Shown here piece after piece: positions 39,220-49,101 of a stretch of 64,000 bases of DNA (within the stretch, counting starts at the first letter, position 1; each line of letters opens with the position of its first letter). The position numbers and the translations under genes are program-made. Below the pieces are notes generated by a model. It ran no database searches and was not told the DNA's origin. It was given only the letters and a program-made list of their open reading frames with translations. Origin of the DNA: Nitrospiraceae bacterium (GTDB taxonomy: Bacteria; Nitrospirota; Thermodesulfovibrionia; UBA6902). The stretch covers positions 1,410-65,409 of the forward strand of contig QZJG01000065.1 of NCBI GenBank assembly GCA_003599275.1, given 5' to 3'.

Positions 39220-40931
39220 CATTGGCAAAAATAGTTATTGACCCAATTACAAGGATCGAAGGTCATCTCAGGATTGAGGCAAAGGTGGAAAACGGGAAGG
39301 TCGTTGACGCCTGGAGCTCGAGCACGATGTTCAGGGGAATAGAGATTATCCTGAAAGGGAGGGACCCGAGAGACGCCTGGCTTTTTACGCAGCGAATATG
39401 AGGCGTCTGAACAACGGTTCACGCAACCGCCTCGGTGAGAGCGGTCGAAGACGCATTAGGCATCACAATTCCCGATAACGCAAGGATCATCAGGAACCTT
39501 ATTTCCGGCATCCAGTACGTGCAGGACCACGTTATCCATTTTTATCATCTGCACGCCCTTGACTGGGTGGACATTATAAGCGCTTTAAAGGCTGACCCTG
39601 CAAAGACGTCGGCGCTTGCGCAATCAATTTCCGACTGGCATAACTCAAGCACATCTTACTTTAAAGGCGTTCAGGACAAGTTGAAGGCATTCGTGGAAGG
39701 CGGCCAGCTTGGACTTTTTGCCAATGGCTACTGGGGACATGCTGCATACAAATTGCCTGCAGAGGCCAATCTGATGGCAGTCGCGCACTATCTCGAGGCG
39801 CTGGACTGGCAGAGAGAAGTCATAAAGATGCAGGCGCTGCTTGGCGCGAAAAACCCTCACGCTCAGACATACCTTGCCGGAGGGATGTCCATACCGATTG
39901 ATCCCAACAGTCAGAATGCGCTGAACGCAGGAAGCATCGCCTTTATGAAGAAGGTCGCGGGGGAGGCCCATGCCTTTGTCGAGAAGGTCTACATTCCCGA
40001 CCTTCTGGCGGTTGCGTCTTTCTATAAGGATTGGGCCGGTCATGGAAGCGGCGTCGGCAATTATCTCTCGTACGGACAATTCCCGAACGACAATGAGAGC
40101 AATACCGCCAACACATGGTTGCCGCGTGGCATAATCCTGAACAGGGACCTCTCAAGGGTGCATCCCGTGGACCATAGCAAGGTCACGGAATATGTCACTC
40201 ATTCATGGTATGAATATTCCGACGGCGATGAAAAGGCAAGGCATCCGTGGGAAGGCGAGACAAAGTACAAATACACAGGTCCCAAACCGCCTTATGAGTA
40301 TCTGAATACGGATGAAAAGTATTCATGGCTGAAGGCGCCGCGTTACGACGATAAAGCGATGGAGGTCGGCCCGCTTTCGAGGATGCTCGTGGCCTACGCA
40401 TCCGGACACAAGAGGGTGCAGGAGGTAGTAAACCACGTCCTTAAGACATTGGGGGTCGGTCCTGCTGCTTTATTCTCTACACTTGGAAGAGTCGGCGCGA
40501 GAGGGATCGAAACACTGGTCACGGCGGAGATGCTCCCGGTGTGGATTGACCAGCTTGCCGAAAACATGAAAAAGGGCGACCTCAAAATCCACAACGGTGA
40601 AAAGTGGGACCCGTCAACATGGCCTAAGGAAGCGCAGGGTTACGGTTTCTATGAGGCCCCGCGAGGCTCGTTAGGCCACTGGGTGAAGATCAAAGACGGC
40701 AAGATAGAAAACTACCAGTGCGTTGTTCCGGGTACATGGAACGGTTCGCCAAGAGACGCCAAAAACCAGAGGGGCCCATATGAAGAGGCCTTGATCGGGA
40801 CGCCTGTAGCAAATGCCGAACAGCCGGTCGAAATCCTCAGGACCGTCCACTCGTTTGATCCCTGCATGGCGTGCGCGGTGCACGTGCTCGATCCCGAGGG
40901 CAACGAGGTGACGAGAATAAGGGTGAAATAG
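39216..40931 (+). CDS. hyaB: [NiFe(Se)] hydrogenase large subunit with two in-frame TGA codons at the N-terminal RxCGxC motif (putative Sec-Sec)
   Basis: [49 protein letters not shown]-[TGA]-GV-[TGA][18 protein letters not shown]... continues in the same frame. C-terminal DPCMACAVH motif plus a cleavable extension. The start overlaps hyaA by 4 nt. Confidence 0.75.
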
Positions 40932-40946
40932 GAAAGGGGGTTGGAT

Positions 40947-41609
40947 ATGAAATACGAGAGGGGAAGAGTCTATACATGGGAGTTCCCGGTGAGATTTACC
41001 CACTGGATCAATTTTCTCTGCGTCCTGGCCCTTTCGGTTACCGGTTATTATGTGGGTAGACCGTTTATTCATGCCTATTCCTCAACACAGTACATAATGG
41101 GCTGGATGCGTTTCATTCACTTTGTCGCAGCTTACGCGTTCCTCATGAGCATTATCATAAGGCTGTACTGGTCGCTTGTCGGGAACAAACATGCGTGCAT
41201 CTGCGAGTGGCTGCCGTTTACGGGAGAAAAGCTCAAAAGGGTGGCGGACGACATCAAATGTTATCTGTTCCTCAGTAAATCAAGCTGCCATGTCGGGCAT
41301 ACGGCCCTTGGAGGCTTGACATATCTCCTGCTTTTTCTGGTTTTCCTCTTTGAAGTATTTTCCGGTTTCGCCCTGTATTCGGTAAATCATTCCGGGGTCA
41401 TCTGGGCGCTTTTGGGAGGATGGCTGAAAAGCATCATGGAGCTTTCGACCATAAGACTGTACCATCACCTCTTCATGTACGTGATTCTCGTATTTGCTAT
41501 GGTGCATGTTTACATCGCGTGGTTTTCCGACAGCAGGGACAAGACCGGTTTGATGGGCTCCATCTTCACCGGTTACAAGTTTATTGCTGAGAAGGACATG
41601 AAGCAGTAA
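40947..41609 (+). CDS. hyaC: Ni/Fe-hydrogenase b-type cytochrome subunit
   Basis: RFTHWINFLCVLALSVTGYYV plus four TM helices with conserved His. It immediately follows the large subunit. Confidence 0.8.
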   Translation: MKYERGRVYTWEFPVRFTHWINFLCVLALSVTGYYVGRPFIHAYSSTQYIMGWMRFIHFVAAYAFLMSIIIRLYWSLVGNKHACICEWLPFTGEKLKRVADDIKCYLFLSKSSCHVGHTALGGLTYLLLFLVFLFEVFSGFALYSVNHSGVIWALLGGWLKSIMELSTIRLYHHLFMYVILVFAMVHVYIAWFSDSRDKTGLMGSIFTGYKFIAEKDMKQ

Positions 41610-41627
41610 CGGACTTGCGAATAAGTT

Positions 41628-41668
41628 AAACGCCCCGGCAAATCGGATTCGATTTCCCGGGGCGTTTT
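41628..41668. terminator. Bidirectional rho-independent terminator between hyaC and clpB
   Basis: AAACGCCCCGG ... CCGGGGCGTTTT, with a T-run on the + strand and an A-run upstream for the - strand. Confidence 0.65.
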
Positions 41669-41678
41669 GGTTTGTTGT

Positions 41679-44288
41679 TTAAACTTCTATCGTCTGTTCT
41701 GCCCCGACCCTCCTGAAAACAACTTTGCCCTCTTCCATGCCGACCTCAACGGCATCGCCTTCACGGAAGGTCCCGTCAAGAAGTTTTGTGGCCAGAGGGG
41801 TGAGTATCTCTTTCTGGACCGCCCTCTTGAGCGGACGCGCGCCGTAGATCTGGTCGTATCCGATCTCTGCGAGGAAAGCCTTTGCTTTTTCGGTCAGGAC
41901 GATGTTTACATTCTTGTCTTTCAGATAGCGCTTCATCCGTCCTATCTGTATATCTACGATGCTCATGAGCAGTTCTTTCGTAAGTGCGTGGAATATGATT
42001 GTCTCATCCACCCTGTTGAGGAATTCGGGCCTGAAGAATTTCTTCAGCTCCTCCATTACGCCCTTGCGGATTTGAACCTCTTCCGTCCATTCGGTGAGCA
42101 TCTCCTGGATATGCTGGCTTCCAAGGTTGGATGTCATGATGACGACGGTATTTCTGAAATCGACCGTTCTGCCGTGTCCGTCGGTGAGTCTCCCGTCATC
42201 AAGCAGTTGCAGCAGGACGTTGAACACCTCTGGATTGGCCTTTTCCACTTCATCAAAGAGGACGACCGCATAGGGTCTTCTCCGTATCGCCTCTGTCAAC
42301 TGACCGCCCTCTTCATATCCTACATAACCCGGAGGCGCTCCGATGAGCCTTGAGACCGTATGCCTCTCCTGATACTCCGACATGTCGATCCTTACCATCG
42401 CCTCTTCGTCGTCAAAGAGAAATTCGGCAAGCGCCCTCGCAAGCTCTGTTTTCCCTACCCCCGTAGGGCCAAGGAATATGAAAGAGCCGATGGGCCTGTT
42501 TGGGTCCTGTATCCCGGCGCGCGCCCTCCTCACAGCATCCGAGACCGCCTTTATCGCTTCGTCCTGCCCGACCACGCGGAGCTTCAGTCTCTCCTCCATC
42601 TTCAAAAGCTTTTCGACCTCTCCTTCCAGCATCCTGCTTACGGGAATGCCTGTCCATTTCGAGACAATCCGGGCAACGTCCTCTTCATCAACCTCTTCCT
42701 TGAGCAGTCTGCCTTTGTCCTGCTGCAGAAGCTTCCGGTTTTCCTCCGCAAGCCTTTTTTGAAGCTCAGGGAGCCTGCCGTACTTCAATTCGGAAGCCTT
42801 GTTGAGATTGCCTTCCCTTTCCGCTTTTTCGGTCTCGATCTTCGCCCGCTCGATTTCTTCTCTGATGGAGCCTATTTTCCCTATGGCCTCTTTTTCTCTC
42901 ATCCATTGGGCCTTAAGGACGTCGCGTCTTTCCGAAAGTCCGGCAATTTCTTCATTTATCCCGTTGAGCCTCTCCTTTGACGCCTCGTCCTTCTCTTTCA
43001 TGACCGCCTGCTTCTCGATTTCAAGCTGTCTTAATTTTCTTTCAAGCTCGTCAAGCTCTGTGGGCATGCTGTCTATCTCCATCTTCAGCCTCGATGCCGC
43101 TTCATCGATGAGATCGATGGCCTTGTCAGGAAGAAACCTGTCGGATATGTACCTGTTGCTCAAAACCGCAGCGGCCACAAGCGACGAGTCTTTTATCTTC
43201 ACCCCGTGATGTACTTCATAACGCTCTTTGAGGCCCCGGAGTATCGATATCGTATCTTCCACATTCGGCTCCTGTATGTAGATGGGCTGGAACCTTCTTT
43301 CGAGCGCCGGGTCTTTCTCGATGTACTTCCTGTATTCCGAAAGGGTTGTCGCTCCCACGCATTTGAGCTCTCCCCTCGCAAGCGCGGGCTTGAGCATGTT
43401 TGATGCGTCGATTGCGCCTTCGGCAGCGCCTGCGCCCACTACTGTATGAAGCTCGTCGATAAAGAGGATGACGTTGCCCTGGGCCTCTTCAATTTCCTTT
43501 AACACCGCCTTAAGTCTTTCCTCAAACTCTCCCCTGAATTTAGCCCCGGCGACAAGCGCTCCCATATCGAGGGCGACAACCCTTTTGTCTTTGAGGCCCT
43601 GAGGGACGTCGCCCGATGTTATCCTCTGGGCAAGCCCTTCGGCTATAGCGGTTTTACCGACGCCCGGCTCTCCAATGACGACGGGGTTGTTTTTTGTCCT
43701 GCGCGACAGGACCTGTATGACCCTTCTTATCTCTTCGTCTCTTCCAATAACGGGATCGAGCCTGCCCCGCTTGGCAAGGTCCGTCAAATCCCGCGCGTAT
43801 CTCTTGAGCGCCTGGTACTTGTCTTCGGGCGTAGGGTCGGTCACGCGCTGCGCTCCCCTTATTTCGCGCATCGCGGCGAGGATTTTATCATCCGTAACGC
43901 CGTGGCGCTTCAACAACTTTTCCGATCTGTTCTTTGTCTTGATGGTCCCAAGGAGCAAATGCTCAACGCTGACGTAATCGTCTTTTAAATGTTCCGCCTC
44001 CCGGAATGCGCCTTCAAAAACGTTTTTTAATTCCTGCGTGATGTACAATTGACCGACGGGAGAAGGACCGAGGACTTTCGTAAATTTCTCTATCTCGGCC
44101 TCTATCTCTTTCCTGAGCTCGGCGGCATTTATTCCGAGCGACTTTATGATTTCAAGCGCGATGCCTTCCTCAAGCAGCACATACATCAGATGCTCTGCGT
44201 CAACCTGCTGGTTGCCTTTTTGCTGCGCAAGGTCCTGTGCCTTTTGTATGGCCTCCTGGCTCTTCGTTGTAAATTTGTCTGTTCTCAT
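41679..44288 (-). CDS. clpB: Chaperone ClpB (Hsp100 disaggregase)
   Basis: N-domain [18 protein letters not shown]. Two AAA+ modules: [15 protein letters not shown] and [15 protein letters not shown]. Coiled-coil M-domain. Confidence 0.95.
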   Translation of the reverse strand: MRTDKFTTKSQEAIQKAQDLAQQKGNQQVDAEHLMYVLLEEGIALEIIKSLGINAAELRKEIEAEIEKFTKVLGPSPVGQLYITQELKNVFEGAFREAEHLKDDYVSVEHLLLGTIKTKNRSEKLLKRHGVTDDKILAAMREIRGAQRVTDPTPEDKYQALKRYARDLTDLAKRGRLDPVIGRDEEIRRVIQVLSRRTKNNPVVIGEPGVGKTAIAEGLAQRITSGDVPQGLKDKRVVALDMGALVAGAKFRGEFEERLKAVLKEIEEAQGNVILFIDELHTVVGAGAAEGAIDASNMLKPALARGELKCVGATTLSEYRKYIEKDPALERRFQPIYIQEPNVEDTISILRGLKERYEVHHGVKIKDSSLVAAAVLSNRYISDRFLPDKAIDLIDEAASRLKMEIDSMPTELDELERKLRQLEIEKQAVMKEKDEASKERLNGINEEIAGLSERRDVLKAQWMREKEAIGKIGSIREEIERAKIETEKAEREGNLNKASELKYGRLPELQKRLAEENRKLLQQDKGRLLKEEVDEEDVARIVSKWTGIPVSRMLEGEVEKLLKMEERLKLRVVGQDEAIKAVSDAVRRARAGIQDPNRPIGSFIFLGPTGVGKTELARALAEFLFDDEEAMVRIDMSEYQERHTVSRLIGAPPGYVGYEEGGQLTEAIRRRPYAVVLFDEVEKANPEVFNVLLQLLDDGRLTDGHGRTVDFRNTVVIMTSNLGSQHIQEMLTEWTEEVQIRKGVMEELKKFFRPEFLNRVDETIIFHALTKELLMSIVDIQIGRMKRYLKDKNVNIVLTEKAKAFLAEIGYDQIYGARPLKRAVQKEILTPLATKLLDGTFREGDAVEVGMEEGKVVFRRVGAEQTIEV

Positions 44289-44356
44289 TTTCCCTCCGGC
44301 ATATATGACAGTTTGAACGGCTTAAACAGCGCAGGCCGTCTGGGGCCGCTTTCGTA

Positions 44357-44698
44357 TCAGTCCTCATCAAAGGCGTCATTTATTTTTTTTTGAAATCTGC
44401 TTCTTATGTCCCTTTCGAGGTAGTCCATCATTTCCTCCATCTCCCTGTGAAGGGTTTCCATCCTGTGTTTCATCCTGAGAATGATGTCAACCCCGGCCCT
44501 GTTGACCCCGAGGTCCTTGGTCAGATTCAGTATAGTCCTGATACGTTCGAGGTCTTCCTGCGAGTACAACCGCGCCCCGCCGACCCTTCTCGGACGAAGG
44601 AACCCCTCTTTCTCATATAACCTCAAGGTCTGTGGATGGATATGAAACATTTCACAGACCACGCCGATCATAAATAAGGGACGTTTTTTATCTTCCAT
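44357..44698 (-). CDS. hspR: MerR-family heat-shock repressor HspR
   Basis: MerR HTH MIGVVCEMFHIHPQTLRLYEKEGFLRPRR. Position between dnaJ and clpB. Confidence 0.75.
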   Translation of the reverse strand: MEDKKRPLFMIGVVCEMFHIHPQTLRLYEKEGFLRPRRVGGARLYSQEDLERIRTILNLTKDLGVNRAGVDIILRMKHRMETLHREMEEMMDYLERDIRSRFQKKINDAFDED

Positions 44699-44719
44699 AT
44701 TCCCCGGTCCAGGATTGAA

Positions 44720-45775
44720 CTAAGTGCTTTTGTATGCCTTCTCCAATTCCTGGAGCGCCTCCTTCATTCCGGCGTTGACCGTCTTCGGAACTACTATTTT
44801 TATGACCGCAAATTCATCTCCCTTTATTCCTGTTTTCCTGTCCGGGATACCCTTGCCTTTCAGCCTGAATTTCTTTCCGCTGTCCGTCCCCGGAGGAAGG
44901 GTCATGGCGACAGTGCCGTCAAGCGTCGGGACCTTGATCTTCCCTCCAAGCACCGCCTCAACAACGGTAACAGGGATCTCTATGTAAATATCGTCTCCGT
45001 CTCTTTTAAAAAGGGGATGAGGTCTCACCGTCAATTCGATATACAGGTCCCCGGCCGGCGCCCCTTTAACGCCCGCCCCTCCCATACCTTTCAGTTTGAT
45101 CCTGCTGCCTGTGTCGGCGCCCGGGGGAATCTTGACCTTTATGCCCTCAGTTGACACTGTTGTGCCGTTGCCCCTGCATGCCTTACAGACCCTTGTTATA
45201 ATTTTGCCGCTTCCGTTGCAGGCAGGACAGGGCTGGCTCAATCTGAAAATCCCCCTGCTTTGCTTTACTGCTCCGGCGCCTTTGCACTGGGAGCACGTTT
45301 GAAAAGCCTCCGCTCCGCTTCCGCCGCAGGTCTTGCAGGAGGCCTCCTTTGTGAGGCTGATGGTTTTTGTCACGCCCCTGTAAGCCTCTTCAAGGGTAAT
45401 ATCGAGCGATGCGGACAGGTCGGCGCCCTTCAGAGGGATGTCCTCGTGTCTGAACCCGCTAAAAATATTTGAAAAGATATCTTCGGTCCCCCCGAAACCG
45501 AAATCAAAGCCGTGTGCCCTGGACCCCTCAAAACCAGGTCCTGCCTCGAACCCTGTCTTTCCATACTGGTCATATTCCGCCCTCTTTTTGGCGTCGCTGA
45601 GGACTTCGTAAGCCTCGTTGATTTCCTTGAATTTTTTTTCGGAGTTTTTGTCGCCCGGATTTAAGTCCGGGTGGTACTTGCGCGCAAGGCGGCGGTATGT
45701 CTTTTTTATTTCCTCTACTGAAGCGTCTCTCGGAACTCCGAGTGTCTCGTAATAGTCTTGAGTTGCAGCGGCCAT
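44720..45775 (-). CDS. dnaJ: Chaperone DnaJ (type I, with CxxCxGxG zinc-finger repeats)
   Basis: J-domain YYETLGV...HPDLNP with HPD. Four CxxCxG repeats. C-terminal beta domains. Confidence 0.85.
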   Translation of the reverse strand: MAAATQDYYETLGVPRDASVEEIKKTYRRLARKYHPDLNPGDKNSEKKFKEINEAYEVLSDAKKRAEYDQYGKTGFEAGPGFEGSRAHGFDFGFGGTEDIFSNIFSGFRHEDIPLKGADLSASLDITLEEAYRGVTKTISLTKEASCKTCGGSGAEAFQTCSQCKGAGAVKQSRGIFRLSQPCPACNGSGKIITRVCKACRGNGTTVSTEGIKVKIPPGADTGSRIKLKGMGGAGVKGAPAGDLYIELTVRPHPLFKRDGDDIYIEIPVTVVEAVLGGKIKVPTLDGTVAMTLPPGTDSGKKFRLKGKGIPDRKTGIKGDEFAVIKIVVPKTVNAGMKEALQELEKAYKST

Positions 45776-45828
45776 TCTATGATCCCTTCTTTTCGTATTT
45801 TTGCTTCTATGAAATTTATCATATCAAT

Positions 45829-45849
45829 TGATATGAATCATGTCAAGTT
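45829..45849. promoter_or_regulatory. HAIR-like HspR operator (TTGA-N11-TCAAG) overlapping an 18-bp perfect palindrome
   Basis: aTTGAtatgaatcatgTCAAg compared with the HAIR consensus CTTGAGT-N7-ACTCAAG. It lies upstream of dnaJ-hspR-clpB on the - strand. The perfect palindrome TCATATCAATTGATATGA is at 45821-45838. Confidence 0.45.
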
Positions 45850-46011
45850 CATTGTGCCGCGTCGTTCATATGATGTTCTTACATTTTACAACTCATATAA
45901 CACACATGATGGAACAAAGCAAGTTGGCATTAACCTGGTGCAAGTATAGTGAGAAGACGCTTGCTCCAAATAAAATTCATGAATAATCCGGGTAAAGGGA
46001 AAGACAAAAGA

Positions 46012-46656
46012 TCAGAAGCCTGAAAGGGGAAGTTTTCTGTTCAGATATCTGAGGTGTCTTTTCAGGAACCTCAGCTCTGCAATCGTATCAACATCATACC
46101 AGAAGGGCAGCAGGAATAATTTCATCTCAAGCGGTTCTATATTGTCGAGGGTCTTATTCAGAACATTGGATGTATCCCAGGGAATATCCTGAAATATCCC
46201 GGGGATTATTTTATTTTTCGCCCCTATGAGATACAACCCTCCGTCACAACAGGGACCGAGTACGAAATCGTTCTTTTCGAGGGCTGTAAATGCTTTTTTT
46301 ATGTAGCCTAAGGGAATGGTAGGACTGTCGCTGCCGATCAGGACTATTTCAGTGTAGCCCTTCCTGAAATGGTCTTTGAATGCATTAATGATCTTATCTC
46401 CGAGGGTTGCGCCCCGCTGGTTAAAACTTTTCAGTTTGTATTTCTTTGCAGTCTCCCTGAGAAAATCATGATTTTTCGCAGGGGCGCAGCCCAGTAACCT
46501 GTCCACATCCTTCAGCCGCGCGCACTGAGAAATTATTTCGGTCACAAAGGCCTTGTAGATTTCAGCAACCATTTCCGGTTCCAGGTCCGCCTGCAGTCTT
46601 GTTTTTACAGTTCCGGGGACCGGGGCCTTAACAAAAGTAATGAGGGCTTTTTTCAC
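46012..46656 (-). CDS. DUF2064 / TIGR04282-type nucleotidyltransferase-fold protein
   Basis: ALITFVKAPVPGTVKTRL ... IGSDSP ... CDGGLYLIG pattern of the DUF2064 family. Confidence 0.5.
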   Translation of the reverse strand: MKKALITFVKAPVPGTVKTRLQADLEPEMVAEIYKAFVTEIISQCARLKDVDRLLGCAPAKNHDFLRETAKKYKLKSFNQRGATLGDKIINAFKDHFRKGYTEIVLIGSDSPTIPLGYIKKAFTALEKNDFVLGPCCDGGLYLIGAKNKIIPGIFQDIPWDTSNVLNKTLDNIEPLEMKLFLLPFWYDVDTIAELRFLKRHLRYLNRKLPLSGF

Positions 46657-46664
46657 AATATGGA

Positions 46665-47123
46665 TTAATTGATATCGAGTCCGGGGTTCCTGTTTAATTC
46701 ATCGAGGAGCTTGTCAGGGTCTTTTGAGTTGTAGACCAGCAGGTTTTTGAATTGCCGGTATCCGTTCATATCGACGCTGATGAATCTTATGCCCGCTCCC
46801 GACTTATCGGTACGGACCACCCTGCACTGAAAACTGATTATGTTCGGGTTCGGTCCGGATTGCAGAATAAGTTTTAAAGTACACGGGTCGTTCACTACGG
46901 GAATAGCAGACGACTTGAGACACTCAAGATAAACACCGCTGAAACTTATATTTTTTGTCTTCCCACGATAAACAGCGTCGCCCGGCAAGTGCAGCTCGGC
47001 TTCAAGCTGAATGGAGAGTCTTGTATTTTTTCTTCTGTCCTCAGGTCTTTCCATTAACGTAATCTTTCCAGGGCCATCAATGAATCCCAAACAATATAGA
47101 CGTAATAATAACAGCACATCCAC
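46665..47123 (-). CDS. PilZ domain protein
   Basis: RRKNTRLSI ... NISFSGVYLE (RxxxR ... [DN]xSxxG). Confidence 0.6.
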   Translation of the reverse strand: MDVLLLLRLYCLGFIDGPGKITLMERPEDRRKNTRLSIQLEAELHLPGDAVYRGKTKNISFSGVYLECLKSSAIPVVNDPCTLKLILQSGPNPNIISFQCRVVRTDKSGAGIRFISVDMNGYRQFKNLLVYNSKDPDKLLDELNRNPGLDIN

Positions 47124-47239
47124 ATTTTTTCAATGAAAATGTTTGAAATGCCGCTGAGCGCCGGGCGGCTTGACCTGGAAATACATTATTCATTAGGAAG
47201 GATGAAGTGGAAAAGTGTGCTATATTATGAATTGAGACG

Positions 47240-47983
47240 ATGAACCCCCTCGAAGTTTATAAGAAACTGCCGGGAAAAAACTGCGGCAGATGCCCTGCAA
47301 AGACCTGCATGTCTTTTGCGGTGCAATTTTCAGGAAAGATGGTCCCCGCTTCCGATTGCCCGGAACTTGACAGCCAGGCACGAAGCGAAATCGGGGCCAT
47401 GCTCTTCGCCCCCGGTGACTGGAAGGAGAGGCGGCTGCAGGAATTGTTTGACGAGATTTCCGGATTAAATTTCGCCTTGATCGCGGAGGGCATCGGCGCA
47501 ACAATTAAAGATGACGGGCTGAAAATTCATTACATGGGGAAAGACATTGCCGTGACCCGCTCCGGTTTCAGCGCTGACCTGAATATTTGGGACAAGCTCC
47601 TTGTCCTCATGTATGTAAAAACTGCGGGTAGCAAACCCCTCACAGGCAAGTGGGTCGCATTCAGAGAATTAAAAGACGGCTTTATCAGATCAGAAAGTTT
47701 TCATGAAGCGTGTGAACTCTCGCTTGCAAGGATGTTCGAAGAAAATCCGGCGGGCTTTATTCAGAGGCTGTCGGGATTAGGCGCAAAGGAGTCGCCGGGT
47801 TTTTCAGCAAAATACAGCCACGTAGTTTGTCCCCTGCCTAAAATCCCCTTTCTCGTGCTTCTCTGGCCGGGAGATGAAGAGTTCGGGCCGGATTGCAAGG
47901 TCCTCTTTGACTCGACAGTTACGGAATATATTGATGTCGAGGCCCTGCTATATCTCGGGATTGCGTTTGTGAGGGCCTTATAA
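47240..47983 (+). CDS. DUF3786-family protein with N-terminal CFeSP-like Cys motif
   Basis: LPGKNCGRCPAKTCMSFA resembles the 4Fe-4S-binding N-terminus of corrinoid iron-sulfur proteins and DUF3786. Confidence 0.5.
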   Translation: MNPLEVYKKLPGKNCGRCPAKTCMSFAVQFSGKMVPASDCPELDSQARSEIGAMLFAPGDWKERRLQELFDEISGLNFALIAEGIGATIKDDGLKIHYMGKDIAVTRSGFSADLNIWDKLLVLMYVKTAGSKPLTGKWVAFRELKDGFIRSESFHEACELSLARMFEENPAGFIQRLSGLGAKESPGFSAKYSHVVCPLPKIPFLVLLWPGDEEFGPDCKVLFDSTVTEYIDVEALLYLGIAFVRAL

Positions 47984-48598
47984 CTCTTTCCTGCCTTCTA
48001 TGGATTTTGAAAGCGTTACCTCATCGGCAAATTCGATATCTCCACCGATCGGCAGCCCGTAAGCGATACGGGATATTTTTATTCCAGCCGGTTTCAGCGC
48101 CTGTGATAAATATTGTGCGGTGGTTTCACCCTTTGTATTGGGATTTGTGGCGATAATGACCTCGGAAATGCCGCCCTGTTTCACTCTTTCCACAAGTTCA
48201 TTGATTTTAAGTCGTTCGGGAGTGATGCCGTCAATCGGGGAAAGCGCTCCGAGGAGGACATGATAAAGTCCGTTATAGATTTTTGTGTTCTCGATGACAA
48301 TGAGGTTGCTCGGCTCTTCGACCACGCAGATGGTGTCCCTGTTCCTGCGGGGGTCCCGGCAGATGGAACAAACCTCCTCTTCGGTAATGTTGAAGCAGAT
48401 CCTGCAGAAGCGGGCCTTTTTCTTTATCTCGATTATGGCATTTGCTATCGACATGGCCTCTTCCTCAGGCATCCCCATAATGAAAAAGGAAAGCCTCTGG
48501 GCGGTCTTCCTGCCGATGCCCGGAAGTTTGGAAAGTTCGTTTATAAGGTTTCCAACAACACCGTTATTCATAGAATAAAAACAATCCGCAGATTCCAC
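47978..48598 (-). CDS. recR: Recombination protein RecR
   Basis: HhH LPGIGRKTAQRL. C4 zinc finger CRICFNITEEEVCSIC. Toprim domain. Confidence 0.9.
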   Translation of the reverse strand: MESADCFYSMNNGVVGNLINELSKLPGIGRKTAQRLSFFIMGMPEEEAMSIANAIIEIKKKARFCRICFNITEEEVCSICRDPRRNRDTICVVEEPSNLIVIENTKIYNGLYHVLLGALSPIDGITPERLKINELVERVKQGGISEVIIATNPNTKGETTAQYLSQALKPAGIKISRIAYGLPIGGDIEFADEVTLSKSIEGRKEL

Positions 48599-48668
48599 AG
48601 ATTAATAAAAAGACTTCTAAAAAAATCTGTGTTGATCTGTGTAATCTGTGGATAATAAATTCTGCTCA

Positions 48669-48998
48669 TTATCCGAACATATTCCCCAATCCCGGTATAT
48701 TCATCCCGCCGGTAAGCTTGCTCATGTCCTCTGAAACCATCTGCTGCGCGCGCCGGAGGGCTTCATTTACCGCCGCAACGATCAGGTCCTGAAGCATTTC
48801 CATATCATCGGGATTGACAACGTCACGCTCGATCTTTACCGATATGATCTCCATTGCCCCGTTTGCAGTTACAACGACCATGCCGCCTCCGGATGATGCC
48901 TCAACGGTCTTCTTTTTTGATTCTTCCTGTATCTTCCCCATTTCCTGTTGCATTTTCTGCGCCTGTTTCATAAGGTCGCCAAGCATTTTCTTCGACAT
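48669..48998 (-). CDS. ybaB: Nucleoid-associated protein YbaB/EbfC
   Basis: MSKKMLGDLMKQAQKMQQEM...; RBS GGAGG before ATG 48996-48998. Confidence 0.85.
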   Translation of the reverse strand: MSKKMLGDLMKQAQKMQQEMGKIQEESKKKTVEASSGGGMVVVTANGAMEIISVKIERDVVNPDDMEMLQDLIVAAVNEALRRAQQMVSEDMSKLTGGMNIPGLGNMFG

Positions 48999-49101
48999 AT
49001 ATCCTCCGTTCAAGATTAGGGTCAAGAGTAAAGAGTTACGTCAGGAACATCCGTAAAATTTTTATGCCTAACTCTTAACTCACAACTCTTTACTTTTCTA
49101 T

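Noticed and set aside
42360-43209. Several 100-200-aa + strand ORFs within 41.7-44.3 kb
   Set aside because: All are antisense to the unambiguous clpB gene; translations are low-complexity Ser/Leu/Pro-rich.
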